Made by a program: the position numbers and the translations under genes. The notes under the pieces were generated by a model that saw nothing but the letters and a program-made list of their open reading frames with translations, did not search any database and was not told where the DNA came from. Positions 9,379 through 18,525 of a stretch of DNA of 64,000 bases are shown here, piece by piece (positions within the stretch are counted from its first letter, which is position 1; each line of letters begins with the position of its first letter). This DNA comes from an uncultured candidatus Brocadiaceae bacterium (lineage in GTDB: Bacteria; Planctomycetota; Brocadiia; SM23-32), in contig CAZZNQ010000004.1 of the NCBI GenBank assembly GCA_964655775.1, positions 7,822-71,821 of the forward strand, given 5' to 3'.

Positions 9379-9794
9379 CTGAAGTCGTCTCCTCTGAAGT
9401 CACTTCCACGTGCCTGTGACCGGGAGGACTGGCCGCCGGCCTCGTCCACTATAAGCGTCTCCAGCGCCTCGATGCGGCGATCCATCCTGGCCAGACCCTC
9501 GTTGATCTGGCGGAGCAGGTCCGCCTCGCTCGGGGCGCTCTCTGAATGGACCGGGCTGGGGCACGTGCCGTTCGTCTGGTTCTCTGGCGACCCACTTCGG
9601 GAAACCAATGCGGCGACCAGGATAATCCCTACGATCACCAGCAGCAGAGAGCTCCCTCCGAGAAGTCCGCCCCACGAGAGCATGCTGATGCCTCCGATCC
9701 GCACTCCGCATACGAACCGTGCGGCCAACGGAAGCAACAGTATCGCTACCACGCAGATAAGGAGGAATGTGAACAGGGCCTTCAGCAGTTTCAC
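9375..9794 (-). CDS. PspB-like membrane protein (second, longer copy)
   Basis: Two TM segments, then EADLLRQINEGLARMDRRIEALETLI, which parallels the PspB helix of the next gene. GTG start with GGGAG upstream. Confidence 0.6.
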   Translation of the reverse strand: MKLLKALFTFLLICVVAILLLPLAARFVCGVRIGGISMLSWGGLLGGSSLLLVIVGIILVAALVSRSGSPENQTNGTCPSPVHSESAPSEADLLRQINEGLARMDRRIEALETLIVDEAGGQSSRSQARGSDFRGDDFR

Positions 9795-9830
9795 GGTTGC
9801 GATCTCCCGCCGGTTCCGGTGGCTCTCGGG

Positions 9831-10511
9831 TTACGCGTTCTTGTCGGCATCAGTCCTGCCGGAGTCGCCTTTCAGCGCACGCAGTTCCTCCTCGATCTCC
9901 TCGTCGCTCTCGAGGTCGGCGAACTCCTCCTCCAGCGACGGCTTCCGACCGTAGTTGACCAGATCGGCCTCGGACTCCATCCGCTCAATCCGGTTCTCGA
10001 ACTGCTCGAAGCGCACAAAGGCGTCCGTAGTGCTGACCTTGCGGATCTTTTTCTCGGCCTTCGTTCGGTTGCACGCGTGGATGTGCCGCTGCACGAGCAC
10101 ACGCTGTTTCTCGCGAGCGTTCTCCAGTTTGTCCTCAAGCTGGATTATATCATCCTGGTACTGCGCAATCAGGTCATCGAAACCGGCCAGCTCCTGCCTC
10201 AGGCCGTCCGCGCGGATGGCGTAGCGACGCTTCTCGATCAGCGCCTCGCGGGCCAGGTCGTCGCGGCCCTTGTCCACCGCCATGCGCGCCCGGTCGGCCC
10301 ACTGCTGGGCACGATCTTCCACGCCCTCGAGCTCGCGCTGCAGCTTCTTGCGTCCGGCCATAACTCCGGCGCAGGAGGCCTTGATCTCGACCAGCGTGTC
10401 CTCCATCTCCTGAATCATCAGCTTGACCAGCTTCTCCGGATCCTCGGCCTTGTCCAGCATCGCGTTGATGTTGGAGCTGATGATGTCCCTCATCCTGGTG
10501 AAAACCCCCAT
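9831..10511 (-). CDS. pspA: Phage shock protein A (PspA/IM30 family)
   Basis: MGVFTRMRDIISSNINAMLDKAEDPEKLVKLMIQEMEDTL is the canonical PspA N-terminus. AGGAGG lies 8 nt upstream of the ATG. Confidence 0.95.
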   Translation of the reverse strand: MGVFTRMRDIISSNINAMLDKAEDPEKLVKLMIQEMEDTLVEIKASCAGVMAGRKKLQRELEGVEDRAQQWADRARMAVDKGRDDLAREALIEKRRYAIRADGLRQELAGFDDLIAQYQDDIIQLEDKLENAREKQRVLVQRHIHACNRTKAEKKIRKVSTTDAFVRFEQFENRIERMESEADLVNYGRKPSLEEEFADLESDEEIEEELRALKGDSGRTDADKNA

Positions 10512-10565
10512 CTTCGGCGCCTCCTATTTTGGTTTCCTCTGCCATGAGAACTGCGGACCGATAGC

Positions 10566-10580
10566 GCAACGAACATGCCA
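10566..10580 (-). promoter_or_regulatory. Sigma-54 (-24/-12) promoter of pspA
   Basis: The minus strand reads TGGCATGTTCGTTGC (consensus TGGCAC-N5-TTGC), about 55 nt upstream of the pspA ATG and divergent from pspF. Confidence 0.75.
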
Positions 10581-10651
10581 ATGCGCCAGAGCGATCCGTA
10601 AGTGATTGCCTTAAAGTAGGTTACATGCGTCAGCCGCCTTCACCGAAACCC

Positions 10652-10680
10652 TTGATTGTGATGGCCGAATATGCTATAAG
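10652..10680 (+). promoter_or_regulatory. Sigma-70-type promoter candidate for pspF
   Basis: TTGATT-N17-TATAAG, 40 nt upstream of ATG 10720. Confidence 0.5.
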
Positions 10681-10719
10681 ATGGTATCAAATGCCAGGTA
10701 AGGGTGAGAGAGGCCACTT

Positions 10720-11754
10720 ATGTCCGATCTGAACGTGCCGTCGCCATCCCAGGGCAGGGCATACGAGGCGCTGGGGCGCTCGGAGGCGTTTCTGACCTTC
10801 CAGGAGCGCCTCTCGCGTGTGGCGGCGGTGGATCGGCCGCTGCTCATTGTGGGGGAGCGCGGCACGGGCAAGGAGCTGGCGGCGCGCCGCCTGCACTATC
10901 TGTCGCCGCGGTGGGAGCAGCCCCTGGTCGCCCTGAACTGCGCGGCGCTGGCGCCCGGGCTGATCGAGTCCGAGTTGTTCGGTTACGAGGCGGGGGCCTT
11001 CACCGGCGCCGGCGCACGGAGGGCGGGACGGTTCGAATCCGCCGACGAAGGAACCCTGTTCCTGGACGAGCTGGGGAGCATTCCATTGGAGGTGCAGGAG
11101 AAGATCCTGCGCGTTATCGAGTACGGCACCTTCGAACGCGTGGGGAGCGCCGAGGGCGTGCAGGTGGACGTGCGCATCATCGGCGCGACGAACGCAAACC
11201 TGCCTGCGCTTGCCGCGAGGGGCGAGTTCAAGCGGGACCTGCTCGATCGGCTCTCGTTCGAGGTGCTTTTCCTGCCGCCGCTTCGGGAACGCGAGGGCGA
11301 TATTCTCCTTCTGGCCAACCACTTCGCGTCCCGTATGGCGGCTGAGCTGGGGCGGTCGGGGGTTCCCGAGCTCAGCGAGCGCGCCATAGACGCCCTTGAG
11401 GGGCACGATTGGCCGGGCAACGTGAGGGAGCTCAAGAACGTGGTGGAGCGGGCGGTCTACATCTCCGAAACCGACGTCATCGAGCGCGTCGAGTTCGACC
11501 CGTTCCGTTCGCCGTTCGCCCCCCGGACGGTTCAGGAATCACCGCGGGAACCCGAGGCAACCGGGGAATCCGGCGCCACGGACACATCCTCCGACCTGCC
11601 GTTCAAAGAGGCGGTCAAGGAATTCGAGGTCGGACTGCTGAGACGCGCGCTTGAGGAGGCGAAGTACAACCAGACGCGCGCGGCGGAAGCCCTGGGCTTG
11701 ACCTACGACCAGTTCCGGGGCCTGTACCGCAAGTACAGCGAGCACCTGAGTTGA
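10720..11754 (+). CDS. pspF: Sigma-54-dependent transcriptional activator PspF
   Basis: AAA+ domain with Walker A GERGTGKE and the GAFTGA loop (YEAGAFTGA), plus a C-terminal HTH. No N-terminal sensory domain. Divergent from pspA. Confidence 0.9.
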   Translation: MSDLNVPSPSQGRAYEALGRSEAFLTFQERLSRVAAVDRPLLIVGERGTGKELAARRLHYLSPRWEQPLVALNCAALAPGLIESELFGYEAGAFTGAGARRAGRFESADEGTLFLDELGSIPLEVQEKILRVIEYGTFERVGSAEGVQVDVRIIGATNANLPALAARGEFKRDLLDRLSFEVLFLPPLREREGDILLLANHFASRMAAELGRSGVPELSERAIDALEGHDWPGNVRELKNVVERAVYISETDVIERVEFDPFRSPFAPRTVQESPREPEATGESGATDTSSDLPFKEAVKEFEVGLLRRALEEAKYNQTRAAEALGLTYDQFRGLYRKYSEHLS

Positions 11755-11766
11755 TCGAGCCCGCTG

Positions 11767-13158
11767 CTACCAGTCGTACGTCGCTTCGGGCTCCGGCACT
11801 ACGATCTCGTCGATCTCCAGTTCCTTCAGGTCCGAGGCGAACTGCTCGGACGCCTCCAGTTCCCCGTGGATCACGAATGCCTGGTCGATGCCGGGGCCCA
11901 TGGCGCTGATCGTGTCGAGGAGCTCGTCATGGTCCGCGTGGGCGCTCAGGGCGTTTATCACGTGCACCCGGGCGTTAAGCGGGTGGTACTCACCGAAGAT
12001 GCGCACCCGTTCGTGCCGTTCCACTATCCTGCGTCCCAGGGTGTGCTCCGCCTGGTAGCCCACGATGAGGATCACGTTGTTCGCGTCCTCGACCGTGTGC
12101 TTCAGATGGTGCAGTATGCGTCCGCCCTCGCACATGCCGGACGCGGAGATGACGGCCAGGGGACCGTCTGCAATGTTCAGGGCCTTTGACTCCTCCACGT
12201 GGGTCACGTACGTGAGCCCGGGGAAGGAGAACGGGTTGGCGCCGGTGCGCAGGAGTTCCCGGGTTTCCTCATCGAAACATTCGGGGTGGCGCTGATGGAC
12301 GGCGGTTGCGCGCGTGGACAGAGGGCTGTCCACGTAGATGGGCAGCTCGCGAACGGCGCCCTCCTCGTACAGCTCGCGGAGGAAGTAGACGATCTGCTGA
12401 GTGCGGCCGACGCTGAACGACGGGATCACCAGTCGGCTCTTGCGTTCCATCACGAACTCGCACAGCTCCTGGAGCTGTGCTTTCACGTCCTGGCGCTTGG
12501 GATGGTGGCGGTTGCCGTAAGTGCTCTCCGTCATCAGCACGTCCACATCCTGCGGGATGACCGGGTCGGCCAGGATCGGCATGTCCTTACGGCCGACGTC
12601 GCCGGTGAAGACCAGGCGTTCGGTCCGCTCGTCCTCCTTCACGTCGATCTGCACGAAAGCCGACCCCAGGATATGGCCCGCGTCCTTGAAGGTCAGGTTC
12701 ACGCCCGGCGCGATCTCCATCGGCCTTTCGTACGGCAGGGGGCGGAAGGCGTCCATCACCGCCGGGATGTCCTCCGGGGTGTAGAGCGGCTCGAAGGGGT
12801 TCTTGCCCTGGCGCAGGCGTCTTTTGTTGACGTACCTCACGTCCTGGACCTGGAGGTAAGCCGAATCGGCCAGCATGATGTCGCACAGGTCGCGCGTGGC
12901 GGGCGTGGCGTATATGGGTCCCTCGTAGCCGTTCTTCACCAGGGAAGGCAGGTTGCCGCTGTGGTCGATGTGCGCGTGGGATAGGACGCACGCGTCGACC
13001 GCGCCGACATCCAGCGGGATGTTACGGTTCCGCTCGAACGCCTCCTTCCGCCGGCCCTGGTAGAGGCCGCAATCCAGCATGATGTGGCTTCCGTTGATCT
13101 CGAGCAGATGCATCGAGCCGGTGGTCGTTCTCGCAGCGCCGTAACAGGTGAGCTTCAT
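11767..13158 (-). CDS. MBL-fold beta-CASP RNA-metabolising hydrolase
   Basis: HAHIDHSG metallo-beta-lactamase motif and beta-CASP-type architecture (~460 aa). Start at ATG 13158 (MKLTCYG). Confidence 0.85.
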   Translation of the reverse strand: MKLTCYGAARTTTGSMHLLEINGSHIMLDCGLYQGRRKEAFERNRNIPLDVGAVDACVLSHAHIDHSGNLPSLVKNGYEGPIYATPATRDLCDIMLADSAYLQVQDVRYVNKRRLRQGKNPFEPLYTPEDIPAVMDAFRPLPYERPMEIAPGVNLTFKDAGHILGSAFVQIDVKEDERTERLVFTGDVGRKDMPILADPVIPQDVDVLMTESTYGNRHHPKRQDVKAQLQELCEFVMERKSRLVIPSFSVGRTQQIVYFLRELYEEGAVRELPIYVDSPLSTRATAVHQRHPECFDEETRELLRTGANPFSFPGLTYVTHVEESKALNIADGPLAVISASGMCEGGRILHHLKHTVEDANNVILIVGYQAEHTLGRRIVERHERVRIFGEYHPLNARVHVINALSAHADHDELLDTISAMGPGIDQAFVIHGELEASEQFASDLKELEIDEIVVPEPEATYDW

Positions 13159-13245
13159 TGAGCCTCCGTGGATTGATTGCCAACGCGAGCCTTCCACGAT
13201 AACTGGCGGCTGGGCCTGCGGTCAAACAGCGCGGGGATCGTTGTT

Positions 13246-14019
13246 TCACGTCGGATCGGCCTCGCCCGCCCCGGCGTTGAGCCACTGCACCACGCCTGCG
13301 GTGAAGGCGATGGCGGCCGTCTCCACGCGAAGCACGTGCGGCCCGAGAGAGACGGCCTGGAAAGAGGCGGCCTCCGCGATGTCGACTTCGCGCCTGGTGA
13401 AGCCCCCTGCCGGCCCCACGATCATGGTGGCCGAGTTAAGCCGAGAACGGGTGCCCGATAGAACGGTCCAGAGCGGGGCGACCTCCTCGGTCGATCCGAT
13501 CAGGCGAAGATCGCTCTTGTCGGCGCTGACGAAATCCTCGAACAGGACGGGCTTGAGGATCTCGGGCACCAGGCGGCGCTGCGACTGTCTCGCCGCGTCG
13601 CGCGCCTTCCGCCGCCAGCGCTCGATGCGGCCGGGAATGGCCTTCGCCTGGAAATCCTGCAGACGGTCGCAGACCAGAGGGCGGAGCCGGTGGATGCCCA
13701 GTTCGGTCGTCTTCTCGATCAGCGTGTCGGTCCGCTGGCCGGGCGCCGGCGCGAACGCGAGCGTCAGGCGAACGTCTGCCGACGGAGCAGCCGATGCGAC
13801 ACTCTCGATGCTCAGCACCGTTTCGCTGGAGTCGGCTTTGCGGACCACGCAGACGCATTCCGCGCCTCTGCCGTCGAACGCGCGAACGCGATCTCCGGCT
13901 TTCAGGCGAAGCACCAGGGCGAGATGGCGGCTCTGGTCGGGAGAGAGGGTGACGGTGTCGCCCGGCCGGCCCAACTCGGGCGCCGAGAAACGGGGCGGAT
14001 CGGGTTCTTTGTCGGTCAT
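13246..14019 (-). CDS. rsmE: 16S rRNA (uracil1498-N3)-methyltransferase
   Basis: RsmE pattern: PRF...HLALVLRLKAGD near the N-terminus, KTTELGI in the middle, and IVGPAGGFTRREV...LGPHVLRVETA at the C-terminus. Start at ATG 14019. Confidence 0.85.
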   Translation of the reverse strand: MTDKEPDPPRFSAPELGRPGDTVTLSPDQSRHLALVLRLKAGDRVRAFDGRGAECVCVVRKADSSETVLSIESVASAAPSADVRLTLAFAPAPGQRTDTLIEKTTELGIHRLRPLVCDRLQDFQAKAIPGRIERWRRKARDAARQSQRRLVPEILKPVLFEDFVSADKSDLRLIGSTEEVAPLWTVLSGTRSRLNSATMIVGPAGGFTRREVDIAEAASFQAVSLGPHVLRVETAAIAFTAGVVQWLNAGAGEADPT

Positions 14020-14087
14020 GGCACTGCTCCCGAGGCTCGGCGCGGCCCGATTGTGCAGGTGATGAGGTGACTTGTCAATGCTCCGCG

Positions 14088-14115
14088 TTGACATACGGGC
14101 GGTCGTCTGTAGAAT
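14088..14115 (+). promoter_or_regulatory. Sigma-70-type promoter candidate
   Basis: TTGACA-N16-TAGAAT, 55 nt upstream of ATG 14170. Confidence 0.6.
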
Positions 14116-14169
14116 ATACGCGTCCGGCGCAGGGCCGGGCGCCGTCGCGGCTCATCGTGGAGTTCCGGT

Positions 14170-14400
14170 ATGCATTCCGCTCCGTCAGACCAGGACGGCC
14201 CATCTTCCGACCGGAAAAGCCTTTACGTGGAGGATGTGCTGATCATGCTGTCGCTCATCCCGCTGTTCGTCCTGGGTGTCTTCTACCGGGACCGGACATG
14301 GGCGCAGGCGGCGCTGGGTGGGGTGCTGGTGGTGATGGTCGTCGTGTTCATAATCCGACTGCGCCGCGTGCATCGGTCCTTCATGGGACGCCGGGACTAG
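14170..14400 (+). CDS. Small two-TM membrane protein (hypothetical)
   Basis: GGAG 7 nt upstream of the ATG. Two hydrophobic segments. The alternative long frame 14067-14435 translates to junk-like Arg/Gly/Pro sequence. Confidence 0.5.
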   Translation: MHSAPSDQDGPSSDRKSLYVEDVLIMLSLIPLFVLGVFYRDRTWAQAALGGVLVVMVVVFIIRLRRVHRSFMGRRD

Positions 14401-14435
14401 GCCCGGGCACGCCCCTGACGACACGGCAAGGAGGA

Positions 14436-15218
14436 ATGAGAGTGGACGGTTGGGGATGGGTAGTGATGGTGGTGTTCAGTTGTGCCGCTCTCATCATCTC
14501 CCTGTACTGCCTGTTCTTCATGGTGCCGGTCCGGCGGTTCTGGGCGCATATCCGTTCGCTGGGCGGCGGCATGAAGGGGATGGAATCGCACCTCAGGGGT
14601 ATCGAGGAGAACGTTTCCGAACGACTGGCGGAATTGGAACGCAACGTCCAGGAGCAGATCGACAAGGCGCGGGACGGCGCGCTCGAAGCGCAGGAACGGC
14701 TGGCGGAGGAGGGCCGCGAGGCCCGAAGGGAGCTGGGCGAAGTCAGCAACGAGCTGAAATCCCTGCAGGAGGAATTGCGCCGCACGGCCGCCGAGAGCGA
14801 CAAGATGACCCAGGGGGCGGAGAAGCTGACGCGCCAGTTGCGGCAGATGCGCAGTGACTTCGACGTGCTGGACGTGGAGCTAAAGGACTCGGTTCGGCAG
14901 CAGGTCGCCAAGTCCTTCCACAGCGTGGAGAGCACCGTGCTGTCCGCACTGGAGGCCATTCAGGATGAGATCGTCTTCGGCGCGGCGGGACAGACGCCGC
15001 CCAAGAGGCCCTCTTCGGTGCAGCCGGGACCGATCAAGCCCAAGTCCGGCTTCGGGTCCGGCGAAGGAAAGCGGCACTCCGATGGCGTGATCCGGAGTCT
15101 TTTCGGCGATTCCGCTAAGACGGAGACAGATGGAGGGAGCGCCGACCGCGCGGAGGAGGACGAGGGACAGGAAGCGGAGCGCGACCGGACGGGGCCTGAT
15201 TCAGAAAGCGAGAAATAA
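14436..15218 (+). CDS. Membrane-anchored coiled-coil protein (hypothetical)
   Basis: ATG 14436 preceded by AAGGAGGA. One N-terminal TM helix, then long Glu/Arg/Leu coiled-coil and an acidic tail. Confidence 0.65.
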   Translation: MRVDGWGWVVMVVFSCAALIISLYCLFFMVPVRRFWAHIRSLGGGMKGMESHLRGIEENVSERLAELERNVQEQIDKARDGALEAQERLAEEGREARRELGEVSNELKSLQEELRRTAAESDKMTQGAEKLTRQLRQMRSDFDVLDVELKDSVRQQVAKSFHSVESTVLSALEAIQDEIVFGAAGQTPPKRPSSVQPGPIKPKSGFGSGEGKRHSDGVIRSLFGDSAKTETDGGSADRAEEDEGQEAERDRTGPDSESEK

Positions 15219-15260
15219 CCCCAGCTGCTACCGCGTCAGGCAAAGGCTGCTCCGGCCGGG

Positions 15261-15443
15261 TCAGTCCTCGAAGTACCGGTAGCAGGTCGCGAACGTCAGA
15301 GCCATCAGGGCGTACGTGATACCTCTGAGGCTCTTGTAGATTTCGTCGGGCTGGGGGTCTTCCGAGGCGTAGATCAACGCCACAAGCAAGCAGACCACGA
15401 TCAGGACACCGACGATGATCCTCCCCAGAATCCTCGGACGCAT
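15261..15443 (-). CDS. Small membrane protein (hypothetical, 60 aa)
   Basis: Has its own promoter candidate and AGGAGG 7 nt upstream of the ATG. Two hydrophobic helices. Confidence 0.5.
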   Translation of the reverse strand: MRPRILGRIIVGVLIVVCLLVALIYASEDPQPDEIYKSLRGITYALMALTFATCYRYFED

Positions 15444-15496
15444 AGACAGGTTCCTCCTGGAACCGGGTGACGGCTTTTTGGGTCAGGTATACCCAG

Positions 15497-15526
15497 AGTG
15501 TAGGGAAGCCGCTGAGCGATTGTCAA
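15497..15526 (-). promoter_or_regulatory. Sigma-70-type promoter candidate for the 60-aa gene
   Basis: The minus strand reads TTGACA-N18-TACACT. Confidence 0.45.
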
Positions 15527-15580
15527 GAGATCGGCCCATGCGGAGCCGAAAAGCGCTCGATTCTGCTTCTCATCGGTGGC

Positions 15581-16384
15581 CTAGCCACCGTCCCGCTCCT
15601 GTACCGTATCGGCTTCGAAACGCTGGCGCGCCCCGTCTCCCAACTCCACCTCGACCGTCTGGCTCAGGATGTCGTAGTTGACGACCGTGCCCTTGCCCTC
15701 GGGGGTCTCCACCTTTGTGCCCCGCCGGGGCAGCTTGCGCTTGAGCTGCTTGTAGAGCGCTTCCTCGAATTTCAGGCAGCATTTCAGCCGGCCGCAGCTT
15801 CCGCTTATCTTCGCGGGGTCCAACGTGGACTTCTGGTCCTTGGCCAGCTTCATAGGGACGGGCTTGAGCGTGGTAAGGAACGTGCGACAACAAAGCTCAT
15901 GGCCGCATGGCCCGACCAGGCCCATCAGTCGCGCCTCGTCGCGCACGCCGATCTGGCGCATCTCGATTCGGGTGCGGTATTCCTTGGCCAGGTCGCGCAC
16001 CAATTCCCGGAAATCAACCCGCCCGTCGGCCAGGAAGTAGAAGATGATCTTGTTGCCGCCGAACAGGTGTTCCACGCCCACCAGTTTCATCGGCAGGTTA
16101 TGCTTTTCGATCAGCTGATTGCAGACGTCGGCTTCGCTGCGCTGCAGACTATCCTCAATGTCCCGTTGCTTCTCCCGGTCGGCCTCATTGGCCTTGCGCA
16201 GCACCTCCCCGGCCGGGCGCTTGCCCGATTCGGCAGCGTTCCCCAGCGTGACTATGCGACCCCATTCTACCCCTTGAGGAGTGCGCACTATCACATCGTC
16301 GCCGACCCGGAACGAGTCCTCCGACGACGTGAATCTATCGGCCTTCTCCATCATGCCATAGCGAACGACAACTGTCTCTGCCAT
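15581..16384 (-). CDS. PSP1 domain protein (RicT/YaaT-like)
   Basis: PSP1 C-terminal signature GPCGHELCCRTFL...SGSCGRLKCCLKFE. Start at ATG 16384 (MAETVVV). Confidence 0.85.
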   Translation of the reverse strand: MAETVVVRYGMMEKADRFTSSEDSFRVGDDVIVRTPQGVEWGRIVTLGNAAESGKRPAGEVLRKANEADREKQRDIEDSLQRSEADVCNQLIEKHNLPMKLVGVEHLFGGNKIIFYFLADGRVDFRELVRDLAKEYRTRIEMRQIGVRDEARLMGLVGPCGHELCCRTFLTTLKPVPMKLAKDQKSTLDPAKISGSCGRLKCCLKFEEALYKQLKRKLPRRGTKVETPEGKGTVVNYDILSQTVEVELGDGARQRFEADTVQERDGG

Positions 16385-16435
16385 GAATATCCTGCGACCT
16401 CGCGAACTGACGAGGGTTGTTTTTGTTTTGCACCT

Positions 16436-16455
16436 GTTCATTATACATGATGAAC
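16436..16455. promoter_or_regulatory. AT-rich inverted repeat overlapping a minus-strand TATAAT
   Basis: GTTCAT-N8-ATGAAC. The minus-strand TATAAT at 16445-16440 lies 56 nt upstream of the PSP1 gene start. Confidence 0.35.
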
Positions 16456-16497
16456 GCATGGTTTGTTCAGTTCCGGACCTCTCTGGGGCGGATTGGT

Positions 16498-16526
16498 TTG
16501 TGAGACGTGGGCAAGTGTGGTATATC
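16498..16526 (+). promoter_or_regulatory. Sigma-70-type promoter candidate (extended -10) for the tandem membrane genes
   Basis: TTGTGA-N17-TATATC with TG immediately upstream of the -10 element. Confidence 0.45.
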
Positions 16527-16570
16527 CGTCTGACGTCCTATTCCGCTACCTCGCGAACTGGAAGCCAGGG

Positions 16571-18496
16571 ATGACACTTCGGGCTTTCCTACTCGGGCTG
16601 GCGTCGGTCATCGCCATCAGCCTTCTGGATCCTTACACCTCCTACCACCAGGGGTACGGCTGGAACACGCAGGGCCATTTCCCGGTGGCTGCCGTGTTCT
16701 TGCTGGTAGTCGTGACGGTCGGGCTGAACGCGCTCCTGAAGGCGGTCAGGCGCGGACTGGCGCTTCGGCAGGCGGAGCTGATGCTCATATGGTGCATGCT
16801 CATCGTGGGTTTCGCTGTGCCGTCCAACCCCATGCGGCTTGGTCCGCCCATGCTGGCCGCTCCCGCCTACCTGGCCAGGCGTCCCGACATTCCCTGGCGA
16901 GACACGGCACTGGCCGCCGCGCCTGCGGACCTCGTGCTGACGAAGAACCCCCGCTCGCTGGCGGCGGAGCAGTTCTTCGAGGGATGGCGCGGCGAGGGGC
17001 GGGTACCGTGGGCCATGTGGCTGACTCCCCTGAGCCGGTGGGCCGTCTTCGTCGGGTTCTACTTCTTGGCCGTGTTCTTCATGTGCGCGGCGTTCCGACG
17101 GCAATGGGTGGACCGCGAACGCCTGCAGTTCCCGCTGGCCCGGATTCCGATGGAGTTCACGGAGGGCAGCGGCTCCGCCGGCCTGTTGCCGAACCTGTTC
17201 TCCAACAGGGCTTTCCAGATGGGGCTCCTCGCGGCGGCGGTTCTGCGTTTCGCCAAAGCTATGCCCCTGTTCTTTGGCGCCGATACCGGCTGGAGCGTCA
17301 GCGTGCCGTTCATGGACGTGCTGGCGGACACGCCGCTGCAGTACACCTACTTCCAGAACGTGGGCATCAGTTGGGCATCGCTCGGATTGGCCTACATCCT
17401 GCCGGCGGACGTCTCGCTGAGCATCTGGCTATTCTACCTGTTTGGGCGTTTCGAGCTCCAGACGGCGGCATGGCTCGGTTCAGATGTGCAGCAGGGGGGC
17501 ACCTACAGCGCTCTGATGCGCTGGCAGCGACCGGGAGCGTACCTGGCTTTCACCGCGGGGACGCTGTTCATGGCCCGGCGCCACCTTGCCGACCTGGTGG
17601 CCGGTGCTTTGCGCCGTGGAGGAACGACCGACGACGCCGAGGAGCCGGTCTCTTACGGATTGGCGTTCTGGGGCTTCCTGATTTGCGCGGTCGGCGCCGT
17701 CGCGTGGTTTTTCTTCTGCGGCATGAAGCTCTGGGTGGCGTGCGTCTTCTTTGCGATCCTCATGTTGGTGGAACTGGTGCATGCGCGGCTGGTGGCCCAG
17801 AGCGGCATCTTCACCACGGCTCCACTCTCCGGCGTGCCCGTACTCATGCACTCTCTGGGGGCGGGGCGCGTTTTCGGGCGAACGGGCATCGTGGTCGCCC
17901 AGATGCAGTACGGCTTCCTGACCGGCGCGAACAACTCACTGCTCGGCCCGGCGGCCATTCATTCGTTCCGCATCAGCAGCGTCTTCGAGAAGGGCAGGAG
18001 ATGGTTGCTGCCCGCTGTAGTGACATCGCTGGCGGCCGCGCTGGTTGCCTCCGGTTACATTGCCATATACCAGGGATACCGGTTCGGCGCCTTGAACTTC
18101 GCCAACGTCTGGTCCATGACGGGCAATCCCCAGGGCGTGTTCGATACGGCTCATCGGATCATAGCGTTGCCGGAGCAGGTGGGCAGCGTGAGCTGGGTGC
18201 CGCTTCTGCTCGGGATCAGCACCATGAGCTTCGTCATGTTCATGCGGGCCCGGTTCTACTGGTGGCCCATTCACTCCGTGGGACTGCTGGCTTTCTCCAG
18301 CTACACGCTGGATAGGATATGGTTCTCGTTCATGCTCGGATGGCTCGTCAAGCAGGCGCTGCTCCGGCTGGGCACCGGCACGCTGGTGCGAGGGGGCAGG
18401 TACTTCTTCATCGGTTTCATCATGACGCACTTCTTCCTGAGCGGCGTAGCCACCGTTCTAACGGCCTTGAGCGGCGGAAGCATCCCGACGTTCTAA
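16571..18496 (+). CDS. Large polytopic membrane protein, unknown family (paralog 1)
   Basis: Start at ATG 16571 (MTLRAFLLGL). About 640 aa with many hydrophobic segments. Conserved blocks are shared with the next gene. Confidence 0.75.
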   Translation: MTLRAFLLGLASVIAISLLDPYTSYHQGYGWNTQGHFPVAAVFLLVVVTVGLNALLKAVRRGLALRQAELMLIWCMLIVGFAVPSNPMRLGPPMLAAPAYLARRPDIPWRDTALAAAPADLVLTKNPRSLAAEQFFEGWRGEGRVPWAMWLTPLSRWAVFVGFYFLAVFFMCAAFRRQWVDRERLQFPLARIPMEFTEGSGSAGLLPNLFSNRAFQMGLLAAAVLRFAKAMPLFFGADTGWSVSVPFMDVLADTPLQYTYFQNVGISWASLGLAYILPADVSLSIWLFYLFGRFELQTAAWLGSDVQQGGTYSALMRWQRPGAYLAFTAGTLFMARRHLADLVAGALRRGGTTDDAEEPVSYGLAFWGFLICAVGAVAWFFFCGMKLWVACVFFAILMLVELVHARLVAQSGIFTTAPLSGVPVLMHSLGAGRVFGRTGIVVAQMQYGFLTGANNSLLGPAAIHSFRISSVFEKGRRWLLPAVVTSLAAALVASGYIAIYQGYRFGALNFANVWSMTGNPQGVFDTAHRIIALPEQVGSVSWVPLLLGISTMSFVMFMRARFYWWPIHSVGLLAFSSYTLDRIWFSFMLGWLVKQALLRLGTGTLVRGGRYFFIGFIMTHFFLSGVATVLTALSGGSIPTF

Positions 18497-18525
18497 AAGT
18501 GCCGCAGACGCATTGAGAGGATTGC

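Noticed and set aside
10682-10696. TGGTATCAAATGCCA as a second sigma-54 promoter, or as a PspF site
   Set aside because: The GG to GC spacing is two nt too short for a -24/-12 promoter, and it lies inside the pspF leader. The imperfect inverted repeat alone is not enough to call a UAS.
14067-14435. Long N-terminal extension of the coiled-coil gene (383-aa version)
   Set aside because: The extension is junk-like. A strong AAGGAGGA RBS precedes ATG 14436, and the region is better explained by the small two-TM ORF at 14170-14400.
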